Under the pieces are notes generated by a model. That model was not told the DNA's origin and did not search any database. It saw only the letters and a program-made list of their open reading frames with translations. DNA of 64,000 bases. Source: Alphaproteobacteria bacterium. GTDB lineage: Bacteria; Pseudomonadota; Alphaproteobacteria; UBA6615. Positions 32,570 to 41,600 of the stretch are shown in pieces. A program made the translations under genes and the position numbers. The DNA lies in the NCBI GenBank assembly GCA_011087645.1, contig JAALLF010000001.1:143687-207686 (forward strand). The letters are read 5' to 3'. Every line of letters starts with the position of its first letter. Positions within the stretch are counted from its first letter, which is position 1.

Positions 32570-34045
32570 TTACTTTTTCTTGCCGTTGCCGTTGGCGTTC
32601 CCGTTGCCATTGCCCGCATCGGGACCAGTGCCGGCCTCTTCACCGTGATGACCGTGGTTGCGGCCGTTCAGCGGTGTGGCGGCGTAGGGGAAGACATCGT
32701 TGAAGGTGATGTCGTTCTCGGTCACGCCGTCGAGATCCATGGTGGCGAAACCGAGGGCGTTCAGCGCGATATCGTCGACATCGTCACCGAAGCGCCGGCC
32801 ATTTGGCCAACCACCGGGGACCGCGCCGCCGAAATCGAGCGCGCTGCCCAAATTAGTGGTGGGCAACAGGTCGCCACCGAACACGCTCAAGCGGTTAAAG
32901 CCAGCTTCACCGGCAAGCCGGGCCGGGCCGGTCGACAGGTCGACCTTGATCACATCTGGGATGTAGATGTCCCGGACCAACAGAACCGTCGGATCGAGCT
33001 GGCTGGGAAGCGGTGTCAGGCCCAGTAACGCGGCGATTTCCGGGTTCTCGGCATAGGTGGCGAACAACGCGGCATCCTGCGTCGCATCGGTGGCGTTGTA
33101 ATTGTCTTTATCGACAATCGCGACCAATGCCTCGTTGAATAACGGGTTGCCCTGGCGGCCGACTTGAACCCACTCGGAAACACCGTTGACCGTCTGTTGA
33201 CGGCTGGTCGTGGCATGCACACCGGCAAATCCGGCATTGTTGAGTTCGCTCAGCGGAATGTTCAAAACGATAGTGTGAACATTGAAACCGCCTTGGCTAT
33301 CGAACGGTTTGGTTGGGGTACCGGTGTCACCACCGAACGTGAAATCCAGATCGAAGATTGACTGAATATCAGCATAGAACCCGTCATCGCGCTGTCCGGC
33401 AAAGACCCGGTAACCGCTGGCGTTCTCGGCGATCCCAGCACTGGTGTAGATGTCGAGATCGGCTTCGTCATCGACGCCAGGCTTGGCCGTACGGTCGCCA
33501 TCATTGTCCTGGTTGTAGAACGGCGTCACCAGACCCTGGTTGTTCGGCGGCACCATGGTGTCGCCATTGTCGAACAGCACGGTCGATCCGCCGGCATCGA
33601 CGCGGGTGACTTGGTAGGTCTGCTGTAAGTTTTGGTTGGGACCGAAAGTCGCGCCGACTTCGCCGAGATAGGCTTGAAGGATCGTTTGATCGTTCTGGTA
33701 GGTCGTGTCGAACTCGAACTGGTAGCTGATGGTTTTGGTACCCGTGCCGATATCGTTGTCGAGCGAGACGTGGATCTCGTAGAGAACCCGGTCGTCGAAA
33801 CGATAATTGTTCGGCCCGATGCCCGGCTCCTCAAAGGGGGAAACGGCGAGCGCCGTGGTCAGGTACTGGGTGCTGCCGTCTTGGCTCTGACTGCGGAACG
33901 CATAGACATCGGTGGTGTTCGCCGGGTCATCGAAAGTGATGAGCGGCGCATCCATATGGCTCGACGCCAATGACGGCGCGACCGGGAGCATTCCGGCAAG
34001 AACGGCGCCGACCGCGACGGTCGAAACAAGTTTTCGGTAGTTCAT
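32570..34045 (-). CDS. Secreted DUF4331-family protein with C-terminal His/Asn-Gly-rich tail
   Basis: Start MNYRKLV (GGAGA SD 8 nt upstream) within track ORF 32570..34165; signal peptide followed by SSHMDAP motif resembling the DUF4331 N-terminal signature; tail NGRNHGHHGEEAGTGPDAGNGNGNANGNGKKK. Confidence 0.6.
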   Translation of the reverse strand: MNYRKLVSTVAVGAVLAGMLPVAPSLASSHMDAPLITFDDPANTTDVYAFRSQSQDGSTQYLTTALAVSPFEEPGIGPNNYRFDDRVLYEIHVSLDNDIGTGTKTISYQFEFDTTYQNDQTILQAYLGEVGATFGPNQNLQQTYQVTRVDAGGSTVLFDNGDTMVPPNNQGLVTPFYNQDNDGDRTAKPGVDDEADLDIYTSAGIAENASGYRVFAGQRDDGFYADIQSIFDLDFTFGGDTGTPTKPFDSQGGFNVHTIVLNIPLSELNNAGFAGVHATTSRQQTVNGVSEWVQVGRQGNPLFNEALVAIVDKDNYNATDATQDAALFATYAENPEIAALLGLTPLPSQLDPTVLLVRDIYIPDVIKVDLSTGPARLAGEAGFNRLSVFGGDLLPTTNLGSALDFGGAVPGGWPNGRRFGDDVDDIALNALGFATMDLDGVTENDITFNDVFPYAATPLNGRNHGHHGEEAGTGPDAGNGNGNANGNGKKK

Positions 34046-34358
34046 AACATGGTCTCCATTCATAGGCTTGAGGGTAGGAAGGTTCGTTTGGCTTGATCGA
34101 ATTGCGGTGATCCAGCTCGCGGCATGGGCCGAAAAATGGATCGTGAAATTCGACTTCCCTGGCAATTACGTTGCCGATGAATGGATGGATGCAGGCTCAG
34201 ATAACGTTACTGTGAGGATCGGCTGATCTACGACAGATCGAGTGATAATCGCCTCGAAAACGTGAAAAGTCTCCAGTCGCGCCGTAGCGCAATGGGGTGT
34301 CTGAAAATGGGAAATTTCGGGAGACGCCCGGGAAACGGGCAAAAATTGGGCGAAAAAC

Positions 34359-34904
34359 TTAGCGCAGTTCGCCGCGAATATAGGCCACGCCGCCTTGCGC
34401 GCTATAGATCACCGGATGACGGGTGTCGGCTTCCATGACGTGAAAATCGCCCGGCTTAAGGTGGATATCGCCGATGTCGAACGATCCCTCGAGCACGATA
34501 CATTCTTCCGTCGCGCGGTGCTTGTGCGACGGCAATTGCGCCCCCGGCGCGACCCGCAGCAGATAGGATTCGCTGCGCGCCATTTCATCGAAATAGAGGG
34601 TTTTTTTCTCAATGCCCTCCGCCAGCTGTTCCCACGCCCCCTCGCCAGCGTGAATGGTAACCGAGCTGGGCCGCTCGGTCGCCAAGGCATCCAGGGCGCC
34701 ATCTATATTGGCCCACAGACCGGCCGACGGCTCGACCGCCGCCGCGCCCTGCCCCAATCCGTTCAGGCGACGTTCCCAATCCGCGACCCGCGCTCGCAAT
34801 TTCGGATCGCGCGCCAAGGCTTCAGCAAACCGCCGACGCGCGTCGCCATCGAGAGTACCCAACACGTACTCAGCGGCCAGGCCGTCATCGTGTTCGTGCG
34901 TCAT
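34359..34904 (-). CDS. Anti-sigma factor, RskA-like N-terminal domain + ChrR-type cupin (paralog 2)
   Basis: 181 aa; N-terminus MTHEHDDGLAAEYVLGTLDGD (class II anti-sigma domain, no Zn Cys) and C-terminal cupin; ~65% identical to 35070..35627. Confidence 0.7.
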   Translation of the reverse strand: MTHEHDDGLAAEYVLGTLDGDARRRFAEALARDPKLRARVADWERRLNGLGQGAAAVEPSAGLWANIDGALDALATERPSSVTIHAGEGAWEQLAEGIEKKTLYFDEMARSESYLLRVAPGAQLPSHKHRATEECIVLEGSFDIGDIHLKPGDFHVMEADTRHPVIYSAQGGVAYIRGELR

Positions 34905-35042
34905 CGGACTCGAAAATCCCTAACTCGCTGCTATTTGATCAGCCCCGGGCATGACATAGTTCTCAAACAGGCCCCTGGCAAATCGGCCTATTCTCGCGAA
35001 AATCGTTCCAACAATACGCCAGAACAATTAACTTTGTCGTTG

Positions 35043-35068
35043 CGACTAAGGGCTGACCGAACAGCCCG
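35043..35068 (-). terminator. Stem-loop immediately downstream of anti-sigma paralog 1 (possible weak terminator/attenuator)
   Basis: GGCTGACCG-N7-CGGTCAGCC hairpin 2 nt after stop; no strong T-tract. Confidence 0.3.
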
Positions 35069-35069
35069 G

Positions 35070-35627
35070 TCAGCCAGTCGCTTCGCGCAACTCACCACGA
35101 ACATAAATGACTGCGCCATGCTCGCTGAAGGCATCCGGATGGGTCGTGCCGGCGTCGATGGCGTGAAAATCGCCTGCCGCCAGATGAATGTCGCCGATAT
35201 CGAAGGTGCCTTCCATGACCAGGCATTCCTCGGCGGAGCTGTGATCGTGGGACGGCAATAAGGTGCCCGGCGCGATCCGCAGCAAATAAGACTCGCTGCG
35301 CGCCGCGGTGTCGAAATAGAGCAGTTTCTTTTCGACGCCCTCGGCAAGTGTTTCCCACTCGCCCTCATCGCCGCGTAAGGTTACGGAGTTGGGCAGGCTT
35401 GCCGCCGCCCCATCCAAGGCCGCATTAATCTTGTCCCATAGCCCGGCCGACGGCTCGACTTCGCTCGACCCTGGCTCCAACCCTTGTAACCGATGCTGCC
35501 ATTCTTCGACCAGGGCCTGCAGTTCGGGATCGCGCGCCAGGGCCTCGGCAAACCGCCGGCGTCCGTCGCCCTCAAGGGTGCCGAGAACATATTCCGCTGC
35601 CAAGCCGTCATTGTGTTCATGGGTCAT
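35070..35627 (-). CDS. Anti-sigma factor, RskA-like N-terminal domain + ChrR-type cupin (paralog 1), cognate to upstream ECF sigma
   Basis: Start MTHEHNDGL; start ATG overlaps the sigma gene stop (ATGA at 35624-35627); same architecture as paralog 2. Confidence 0.75.
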   Translation of the reverse strand: MTHEHNDGLAAEYVLGTLEGDGRRRFAEALARDPELQALVEEWQHRLQGLEPGSSEVEPSAGLWDKINAALDGAAASLPNSVTLRGDEGEWETLAEGVEKKLLYFDTAARSESYLLRIAPGTLLPSHDHSSAEECLVMEGTFDIGDIHLAAGDFHAIDAGTTHPDAFSEHGAVIYVRGELREATG

Positions 35628-36190
35628 TGGTCGAGGCATTCCTTGAGCTGGAGCAGGCCACGACGGACCCAACTTTTGACCGTGCCCAACGGCGTGTCGA
35701 GCGAACTGGCCAACTCCTGGTGGGTATGGCCGTAGTAATACGCCAAAACAATAGCTTTCTGCTGCTTGGATTGCAGTTTTTCCAGGCAGCCACGAAGACC
35801 GTCATCTATCCGGTCGAACGGCGCCTCTGTTGCAATATCAGCCCCCAAGCCGCCTTCGATGAGATCATCCAGGCTCGCCTGCGAACGCGGCTCGCGGTTC
35901 TGGCTGCGCAACTGGTCGATCGCCCGATGTCGCACGATCGTCCCCATCCACGACAACGGCCGGCCACGGTCGGGGTGATATTGGCTGGCCTTCTTCCAGA
36001 TGGTTATGTAGGCCTCTTGGAGTACTTCTTCCGCTGGCTCGCGCTGACGCAGAATGCGCATCGAGATCGCCAGTAGCCGTGACGCGGACAGATTGTATAG
36101 CCGCGCAAACGCGTCCCGATCGCCTCGCCCAGCGGCTAGCAACAGTTCCTCGAGCGGATCGAGTTCAGCTATGTGGGTGGCACTCGTCAC
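35624..36190 (-). CDS. ECF-family RNA polymerase sigma factor (sigma-70 regions 2 and 4)
   Basis: Region 2 (LYNLSASRLLAISMRILRQREPAEEVLQEAYITIWKKA) and region 4 HTH (AIVLAYYYGHTHQELASSLDTPLGTVKSWVRRGL); probable GTG start at 36190 (GGGGG upstream); track ORF extends to 36316. Confidence 0.85.
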   Translation of the reverse strand: MTSATHIAELDPLEELLLAAGRGDRDAFARLYNLSASRLLAISMRILRQREPAEEVLQEAYITIWKKASQYHPDRGRPLSWMGTIVRHRAIDQLRSQNREPRSQASLDDLIEGGLGADIATEAPFDRIDDGLRGCLEKLQSKQQKAIVLAYYYGHTHQELASSLDTPLGTVKSWVRRGLLQLKECLDQ

Positions 36191-36347
36191 GCCAATACCC
36201 CCGGATACAGGCTCACGGGGGCGACTATACAACACAAATAGCTTGGAAGCCCATGGCAACTCACGATTGCATACAGGACTACCTGATGGCGTTGTCGGCC
36301 AACGGGGTCGGGTCACGATGATGACCTTGCCATGAAATATTCCTTTC

Positions 36348-36767
36348 TCAGTCGCGCTGGTCTCCCGATTGTCGCTTCAAATAGGCGATGATATCGGCCC
36401 GGTCCGTCGCCTTTGGAACTCGGATATTCATCCGTTGGCCAGGGATAAAGCCTTGCGGGTTTTCCAACCAGCGATCGATTGTGTCGTCGGTCCAAATCAC
36501 CTCGGACTTCTGCAAAGCCGGTGAATAATCAAAGCCTTCCACCCCGCCGGCGCGACGGCCGTGGAGGCCTTGGTGTTTGGGGCCGACGCGATTAGCATCA
36601 AGAGAATGACAGACGCTGCAGCGGCTTTCGTAAAGTAGTTCGCCGCGCCCCGAATCCGGCAACGCCGCGGTTGTATCCGTGGACGCCCCAAAGGCGTTAC
36701 TTGATAGAAACCAGGAGAGCCCGAGGATGCTGGCGATGGCCATGGCGTGTTTCAATATGGTTTTCAC
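36348..36767 (-). CDS. Monoheme class I cytochrome c
   Basis: Probable GTG start (GAGGTG SD) with signal peptide MAIASILGLSWFLSSNAFG; heme motif CSVCH and distal Met region; track ORF 36348..36932. Confidence 0.75.
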   Translation of the reverse strand: MKTILKHAMAIASILGLSWFLSSNAFGASTDTTAALPDSGRGELLYESRCSVCHSLDANRVGPKHQGLHGRRAGGVEGFDYSPALQKSEVIWTDDTIDRWLENPQGFIPGQRMNIRVPKATDRADIIAYLKRQSGDQRD

Positions 36768-36865
36768 GTCGCACCTCTGAAAAGGGATCCCGAGGCCTTG
36801 AGGGGGGAACTCACGGCCCCGGGATAGTTTGGAGTTCGGGGAGGGGAACAGGTTAAATAACTGCG

Positions 36866-37477
36866 CTAGACGCCGAAGGTCAGCGCCGCTTTGGGAACTG
36901 GCTGGCCAAGGGCGTTGGCCAGAACAGTCCAATGCATGGTCTCGTCGGCGGCTAAACGGCCGGCAATCTGCGCCAGATCCGCATCGCCAAAGGCCGGAAT
37001 GACGCCGATATAGGCATTGGCGGCGCCGCGTTCGAGGCGGGCGGCAAGCTTCAGAACATCGGTCTGATTCTTCAGCGTATTGGCCTTCAGATCGCTGGCA
37101 TAGTCAGCCAGCTTCTTGGCAGCAACCGCTGTACCGCCGAGTTTCTTGACTGTATCGGCCAGCGCATCGCGATGCGCCTTGTGGTGACCTTGGAACAGCA
37201 CCGCCACGTCGAGCACCGGTTTCTGTAAAAGCCCGCTTTCGGCGCCAAGCCGGTAGGCGTTGATGGCCTCATGCTCGAGACCGAGGGCCACATTGAGAAT
37301 TGCGGTGTCCTGCGCCGGATCGGACTTGCGCCCACCGCTATGACTGGCGGCCAGGCTATCGCTGCCCGCGATCAGCGCGATCGCGGTCGCTGACAGAGTG
37401 ACCTTACCGGCGCTGCCAAGAAACCGTCGGCGCGACTCACCCTGATACGCTCGCTGGCTGGGATTTAAGTGGGTCAT
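36866..37477 (-). CDS. Tat-exported ferritin-like (DUF4439-type) protein
   Basis: Start MTHLNPSQ (GGAGA SD); twin-arginine motif SRRRFLGSAG; four-helix ferritin-like E/H-rich region (LGLEHEAINAY ... ADETMHWTVL). Confidence 0.65.
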   Translation of the reverse strand: MTHLNPSQRAYQGESRRRFLGSAGKVTLSATAIALIAGSDSLAASHSGGRKSDPAQDTAILNVALGLEHEAINAYRLGAESGLLQKPVLDVAVLFQGHHKAHRDALADTVKKLGGTAVAAKKLADYASDLKANTLKNQTDVLKLAARLERGAANAYIGVIPAFGDADLAQIAGRLAADETMHWTVLANALGQPVPKAALTFGV

Positions 37478-37705
37478 TTTAACGTCTCCATTTGCATCTG
37501 TTGATCGGGCATGGTCGCCCGAAAGCGGCCTTACATGGGCTATTACGCTGGCCGAGCGGGAATAGATGCAGGGCGCACAAAAAAATTGGGAAGTACCGTG
37601 CGTCGCCGAAAATCGATTGTGATGCCACACAAAAGGCGGATTCTCATGTAAGGTGCGATACAAATAGGCGACAAATCACCCACATGTCCGCCGAGGAAAC
37701 GACCC

Positions 37706-38476
37706 ATGACACGCAACCGATTGGCCTTGTGCCTTGCCGCCTTTGTCGCGGCGGTCTCGCTACCTGTCAGCGCCCAGGCGCAACTCGACCTGCTCAAACG
37801 CGGCAAAGACGCGCTGCAATCGATCCCCGGCACCGGGGGAAGCGGCGGATCGACATCACCCGCCGCAGCCCTTACGGACACCGAAATCGGCAGCGGTTTG
37901 CGCGAAGCGCTGACCGTGGGGGTGCGTACAGTAGTGTCCCAGGTGGGCGCGACCGACGGCTACAACGCCGATCCGCGTATCCATATACCCCTGCCAAAGA
38001 GCCTGGAGACGGTGCAAAAAACCCTGTCACGCATCGGCATGTCAGACTTGGTCGACGATCTAGAACTGCGCCTCAACCGCGCCGCTGAGAAGGCCGCGCC
38101 GGAAGCGCGCGAAGTGTTTGGCCAGGCCATTCGGGACATGACCTTCGACGACGTGCAGATGATCTATAAAGGTCCCGACGACGCCGCGACACGTTTTCTC
38201 GAGCGCACCATGAGCAGTCCGCTGGTCCAGCGCATGCGTCCGATTGTCGACGATAGCCTGTCGGACGTCGGCGCGGTGCGGGCCTATGACAATGCCATCG
38301 GCCAGTACAAGGCAATCCCCTTCGTGCCCGATGCCAAGGCCGACCTTACCGAGCATGTTCTCGAACGCGCCCTGAAGGGGCTGTTCCTCTATCTCGCCGA
38401 AGAAGAGGCCGCGATCCGCCAGAACCCGGTCAAACGCACGACAACACTGCTGCAAAAGGTGTTCGGCGCCAGTTAA
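37706..38476 (+). CDS. Periplasmic DUF4197-family protein
   Basis: 256 aa, signal peptide, TEIGSGLREAL-type motif typical of DUF4197. Confidence 0.5.
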   Translation: MTRNRLALCLAAFVAAVSLPVSAQAQLDLLKRGKDALQSIPGTGGSGGSTSPAAALTDTEIGSGLREALTVGVRTVVSQVGATDGYNADPRIHIPLPKSLETVQKTLSRIGMSDLVDDLELRLNRAAEKAAPEAREVFGQAIRDMTFDDVQMIYKGPDDAATRFLERTMSSPLVQRMRPIVDDSLSDVGAVRAYDNAIGQYKAIPFVPDAKADLTEHVLERALKGLFLYLAEEEAAIRQNPVKRTTTLLQKVFGAS

Positions 38477-38514
38477 ACTAACGACACTGGCGGCAAATCA
38501 GCTACCCTTAGCCC

Positions 38515-40131
38515 GTGACAAAGACAATGGGCCCGTTCGATTACGTCATCGTCGGCGCCGGCACGGCCGGGTGCGTGCTGGCGAACCGGCTATCCGCCGA
38601 TCCAGACGTGAGTGTTTGTCTGCTCGAGGCCGGCGGTAATGATAATTACATCTGGGTCCACATCCCGGTCGGCTACCTGTATTGCATGGGCAATCCGCGC
38701 ACCGATTGGGGCTTTACCACCCAAGCGGAAGCCGGTCTCAACGGCCGCGCGTTGAACTATCCACGCGGGCGAATTCTCGGCGGCTGCTCGTCGATCAACG
38801 GCATGATCTATATGCGCGGTCAGGCGCGCGACTATGACGGTTGGCGTCAACGCGGCAATGCCGGCTGGGGTTGGGACGATGTGGTGCCGTACTTTTTGCG
38901 CTCCGAAGACCAGGCAGCGCTGCCGATCGACGATTTGCACGCCGACGGCGGCGAATGGCGAGTCGAGCGCCAGCGCCTGTCGTGGGACGTGCTCGACGCA
39001 TTCCGCGAGGCAGCGGCCGAGGCCGGCATCCCCAAGACCGATGACTTCAACCGCGGTAACAACGAAGGCTGCGGCTATTTTCACGTCAACCAGCGCACCG
39101 GGGTCCGCGTCAGCGCCGCCAAGGCGTTCCTGAAACCGGCGATGAAGCGGCCCAACCTAACTGTCCTTACACATGCCCAGGCCAAGCGCTTGACCCTGGC
39201 CGAGGGCCGGGTCAGCGGTGTCGATATTTGGCACAAGGGCGCGAACACCCATGTCGCCGCCGACGGCGAGGTGGTATTAGCGACCGGCTCGGTCGGCACG
39301 CCACAACTGCTCGAATTATCAGGGATCGGCGGCGGAGCTTTGTTACAGAGCCATGGCATCGAGGTTGCCCACGACCTCCCCGGCGTCGGCGAAAACCTGC
39401 AGGACCATCTGCAAATCCGCTGCGCCTACAAGGTACACGGGGTAAAAACCCTGAACGAAAAGGCCAATAGTCTGGTTGGCAAGGCCAGCATCGCGCTGGA
39501 GTATGCGCTGTTGCGCCGCGGCCCCATGTCGATGGCGCCGAGCCAGTTAGGCGCCTTCGTTAAATCCGATCCGGCGCTGGAGACGCCCGACCTGCAGTAT
39601 CATGTGCAACCGCTCAGCCTGGACAAGTTCGGCGAACCGCTGCACGACTTTCCGGCGCTGACCGCCAGCGTGTGTAATTTGCGCCCTGAATCGCGCGGTA
39701 GCATCCATATATCCAGCCCCGATGCGCGCCAGCAGCCGGCGATCAAGCCGAATTACCTATCCGCCGCGGCGGATCAGCGGGTAGCGGCGCAGGCGATCCG
39801 GGTGACCCGCAACATCGTCGCCCAGCCGGCCTTCGCTCAGTACCGCCCCGAGGAGTTCAAGCCGGGCCCCGATTATGGCGACGATGATGAGGGGTTGGCG
39901 CGCGCCGCTGGCGATGTGGGCACCACCATCTTCCACCCGGTCGGCACGGCCCGCATGGGCGACGACGCGGGGGCCGTGGTCGACAGCCGGTTGCGGGTGC
40001 ATGGCGTCGCCGGCCTGCGAGTGGTCGACGCCTCGGTGATGCCGACGATTACCTCGGGCAATACCAATTCGCCGGTGATCATGATCGCCGAGAAGGCTTC
40101 CGATATGATGCGCGATGACCGGCGCGGCTAA
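38515..40131 (+). CDS. GMC-family FAD oxidoreductase (choline/alcohol dehydrogenase-like)
   Basis: 538 aa; FAD fingerprint [23 protein letters not shown] signatures ([14 protein letters not shown], active-site His in HPVGTARMG). Confidence 0.9.
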   Translation: MTKTMGPFDYVIVGAGTAGCVLANRLSADPDVSVCLLEAGGNDNYIWVHIPVGYLYCMGNPRTDWGFTTQAEAGLNGRALNYPRGRILGGCSSINGMIYMRGQARDYDGWRQRGNAGWGWDDVVPYFLRSEDQAALPIDDLHADGGEWRVERQRLSWDVLDAFREAAAEAGIPKTDDFNRGNNEGCGYFHVNQRTGVRVSAAKAFLKPAMKRPNLTVLTHAQAKRLTLAEGRVSGVDIWHKGANTHVAADGEVVLATGSVGTPQLLELSGIGGGALLQSHGIEVAHDLPGVGENLQDHLQIRCAYKVHGVKTLNEKANSLVGKASIALEYALLRRGPMSMAPSQLGAFVKSDPALETPDLQYHVQPLSLDKFGEPLHDFPALTASVCNLRPESRGSIHISSPDARQQPAIKPNYLSAAADQRVAAQAIRVTRNIVAQPAFAQYRPEEFKPGPDYGDDDEGLARAAGDVGTTIFHPVGTARMGDDAGAVVDSRLRVHGVAGLRVVDASVMPTITSGNTNSPVIMIAEKASDMMRDDRRG

Positions 40132-40156
40132 TCCAGCAAGGAGCGATACCAACGCG

Positions 40157-40405
40157 ATGGCAAATTTCTATCAACCCGATTTGGGAACTAACCCCGACGA
40201 TCCGTTCGCCCGCGACGCCGACGGCAAGCTGGTGCGCCGCGCTTTCTGGCTCGACATGGGCGACCGCTCGGTGGTGCTGGCGATGACCCAGGGGATCGGC
40301 GCCAATCTGACCAACGATCAAAAACGCGCCCATTTGGACGATATCGGCCGCGCCCATGTGGTCGACGATGTTTGCGTGCAGGAAATCATTCCACCGGACG
40401 CCTAG
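40157..40405 (+). CDS. Small hypothetical protein (82 aa) overlapping the GMC gene end
   Basis: ATG at 40157 preceded by AAGGAG; no recognizable family; positioned between GMC oxidoreductase and lactonase genes. Confidence 0.35.
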   Translation: MANFYQPDLGTNPDDPFARDADGKLVRRAFWLDMGDRSVVLAMTQGIGANLTNDQKRAHLDDIGRAHVVDDVCVQEIIPPDA

Positions 40406-40416
40406 GGAGAACTATC

Positions 40417-41355
40417 ATGGCGCCAGAAGCGAGTTATCAAATCGCCGAAGACGCGTTTGCCGGTTTTGTCGATACAGACACACTGCCCGAACAACTGTGC
40501 ACCGGTTGCATCTGGACCGAGGGGCCGGTGTGGTTTGACGAGACCGAGACCCTGCTGTTCAGTGACATCCCTAATAATCGGATGATGCAATGGAACCGCG
40601 TCGCGGGCGCCAGCGAATTCCTCAACCCCGCAGAGTTCACCAATGGCCATATCCGCGACCATGACGGCCATCTGGTTTCCTGTGAGCATGGGGGACGACG
40701 GGTCATTCGGCGCCTCGCCGATGGCACGGTCGAGGTGATCGCCGACAAGTACGACGGCAAGAGGCTAAATTCGCCCAACGACTTGGTAATGACGTCGGAC
40801 GGCGCAATCTGGTTCACCGATCCGCCCTACGGCATTGCCAGCAGTGTCGAAGGTTATGAGGCCAAGAGCGAGTTGGGCGTCAACTATGTGTTCCGGGTCG
40901 ATCCCGACACATCTGAACTAACAATCGTTGCCGACGATTTCGACAAACCCAACGGCCTGGCCTTTTCGGCCGACGAGAAAATTCTCTATATCGCCGATAG
41001 CGGCGCCATCAATGGCGCCTCAGATCCCGGCTTTAACGCCGGTGCGCCCCACCATATCCGCGCCTTCGATGTGGTCGATGGGCGCACCCTCGCCAACAGC
41101 CGCCTGTTCGTCGACATCAAGCCCGGTGTACCCGACGGATTGCGCGTCGACACGGAAGGCTTCGTGTGGACCAGCGCCGCCGACGGGGTGCACTGCTACG
41201 CGCCGGACAGCACGCTCTATGGCAAAATCCTGCTGCCCGAAGTGGTCGCCAACCTGACCTTCGGCGGCCCCGGCGGCACGACGATATTCATCGCCGCGTC
41301 GACCTCGATCTACACCGTCGCCACCACAAGACACGACGCCAAATCAACACGCTAA
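40417..41355 (+). CDS. SMP-30/gluconolactonase/LRE-family lactonase
   Basis: Start MAPEASYQ (GGGAGA SD); six-bladed propeller family motifs (EGPVW, NDLVMTSDGAIWFTDP, PNGLAFSADEKILYIADS). Confidence 0.85.
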   Translation: MAPEASYQIAEDAFAGFVDTDTLPEQLCTGCIWTEGPVWFDETETLLFSDIPNNRMMQWNRVAGASEFLNPAEFTNGHIRDHDGHLVSCEHGGRRVIRRLADGTVEVIADKYDGKRLNSPNDLVMTSDGAIWFTDPPYGIASSVEGYEAKSELGVNYVFRVDPDTSELTIVADDFDKPNGLAFSADEKILYIADSGAINGASDPGFNAGAPHHIRAFDVVDGRTLANSRLFVDIKPGVPDGLRVDTEGFVWTSAADGVHCYAPDSTLYGKILLPEVVANLTFGGPGGTTIFIAASTSIYTVATTRHDAKSTR

Positions 41356-41370
41356 AAAGCACAGAAAGAA

Positions 41371-41447
41371 TGGTAGGCCCGGCAGGACTCGAACCTGCGA
41401 CATAACCGTTATGAGCGGTTCGTTCTAACCAACTGAACTACGGGCCC
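41371..41447 (-). tRNA. tRNA-Met (anticodon CAT, elongator-type; tRNA-Ile2/lysidine cannot be excluded)
   Basis: Reverse complement folds as a 77-nt cloverleaf: 7-bp acceptor stem GGGCCCG/CGGGCCT, D-loop AGTTGGTTA, anticodon loop CTCATAA, T-arm GCAGGTTCGAGTCCTGC, encoded CCA; anticodon stem lacks the GGG/CCC of initiator tRNA. Confidence 0.85.
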
Positions 41448-41600
41448 CCATTGACCGGGACGCAGCGTCTACCAAGAGCTCCGGCGCGCCGCACCCCATA
41501 TATCACACAAGCGCGTCCGGTCCAGATCGGCCGGCCATCCAATCAAACGAAAGAAGCCGGCAACGCGCCGGCCTCCATCGCAATTCTCAAACGCACGCCG

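Noticed and set aside
34046-34358. ECF-type promoter (-35 GGAAC / -10 CGTT-like) upstream of the DUF4331 gene
   Set aside because: Several GATC-containing dyads are present. I could not find a convincing match with correct spacing to any ECF consensus I can recall. It is left as a hypothesis to test, not a called feature.
40115-40156. Longer 96-aa form of the small ORF starting at 40115
   Set aside because: It would overlap the GMC gene by 17 nt and has no SD. The ATG at 40157 has an AAGGAG upstream. Even the short form remains low confidence.
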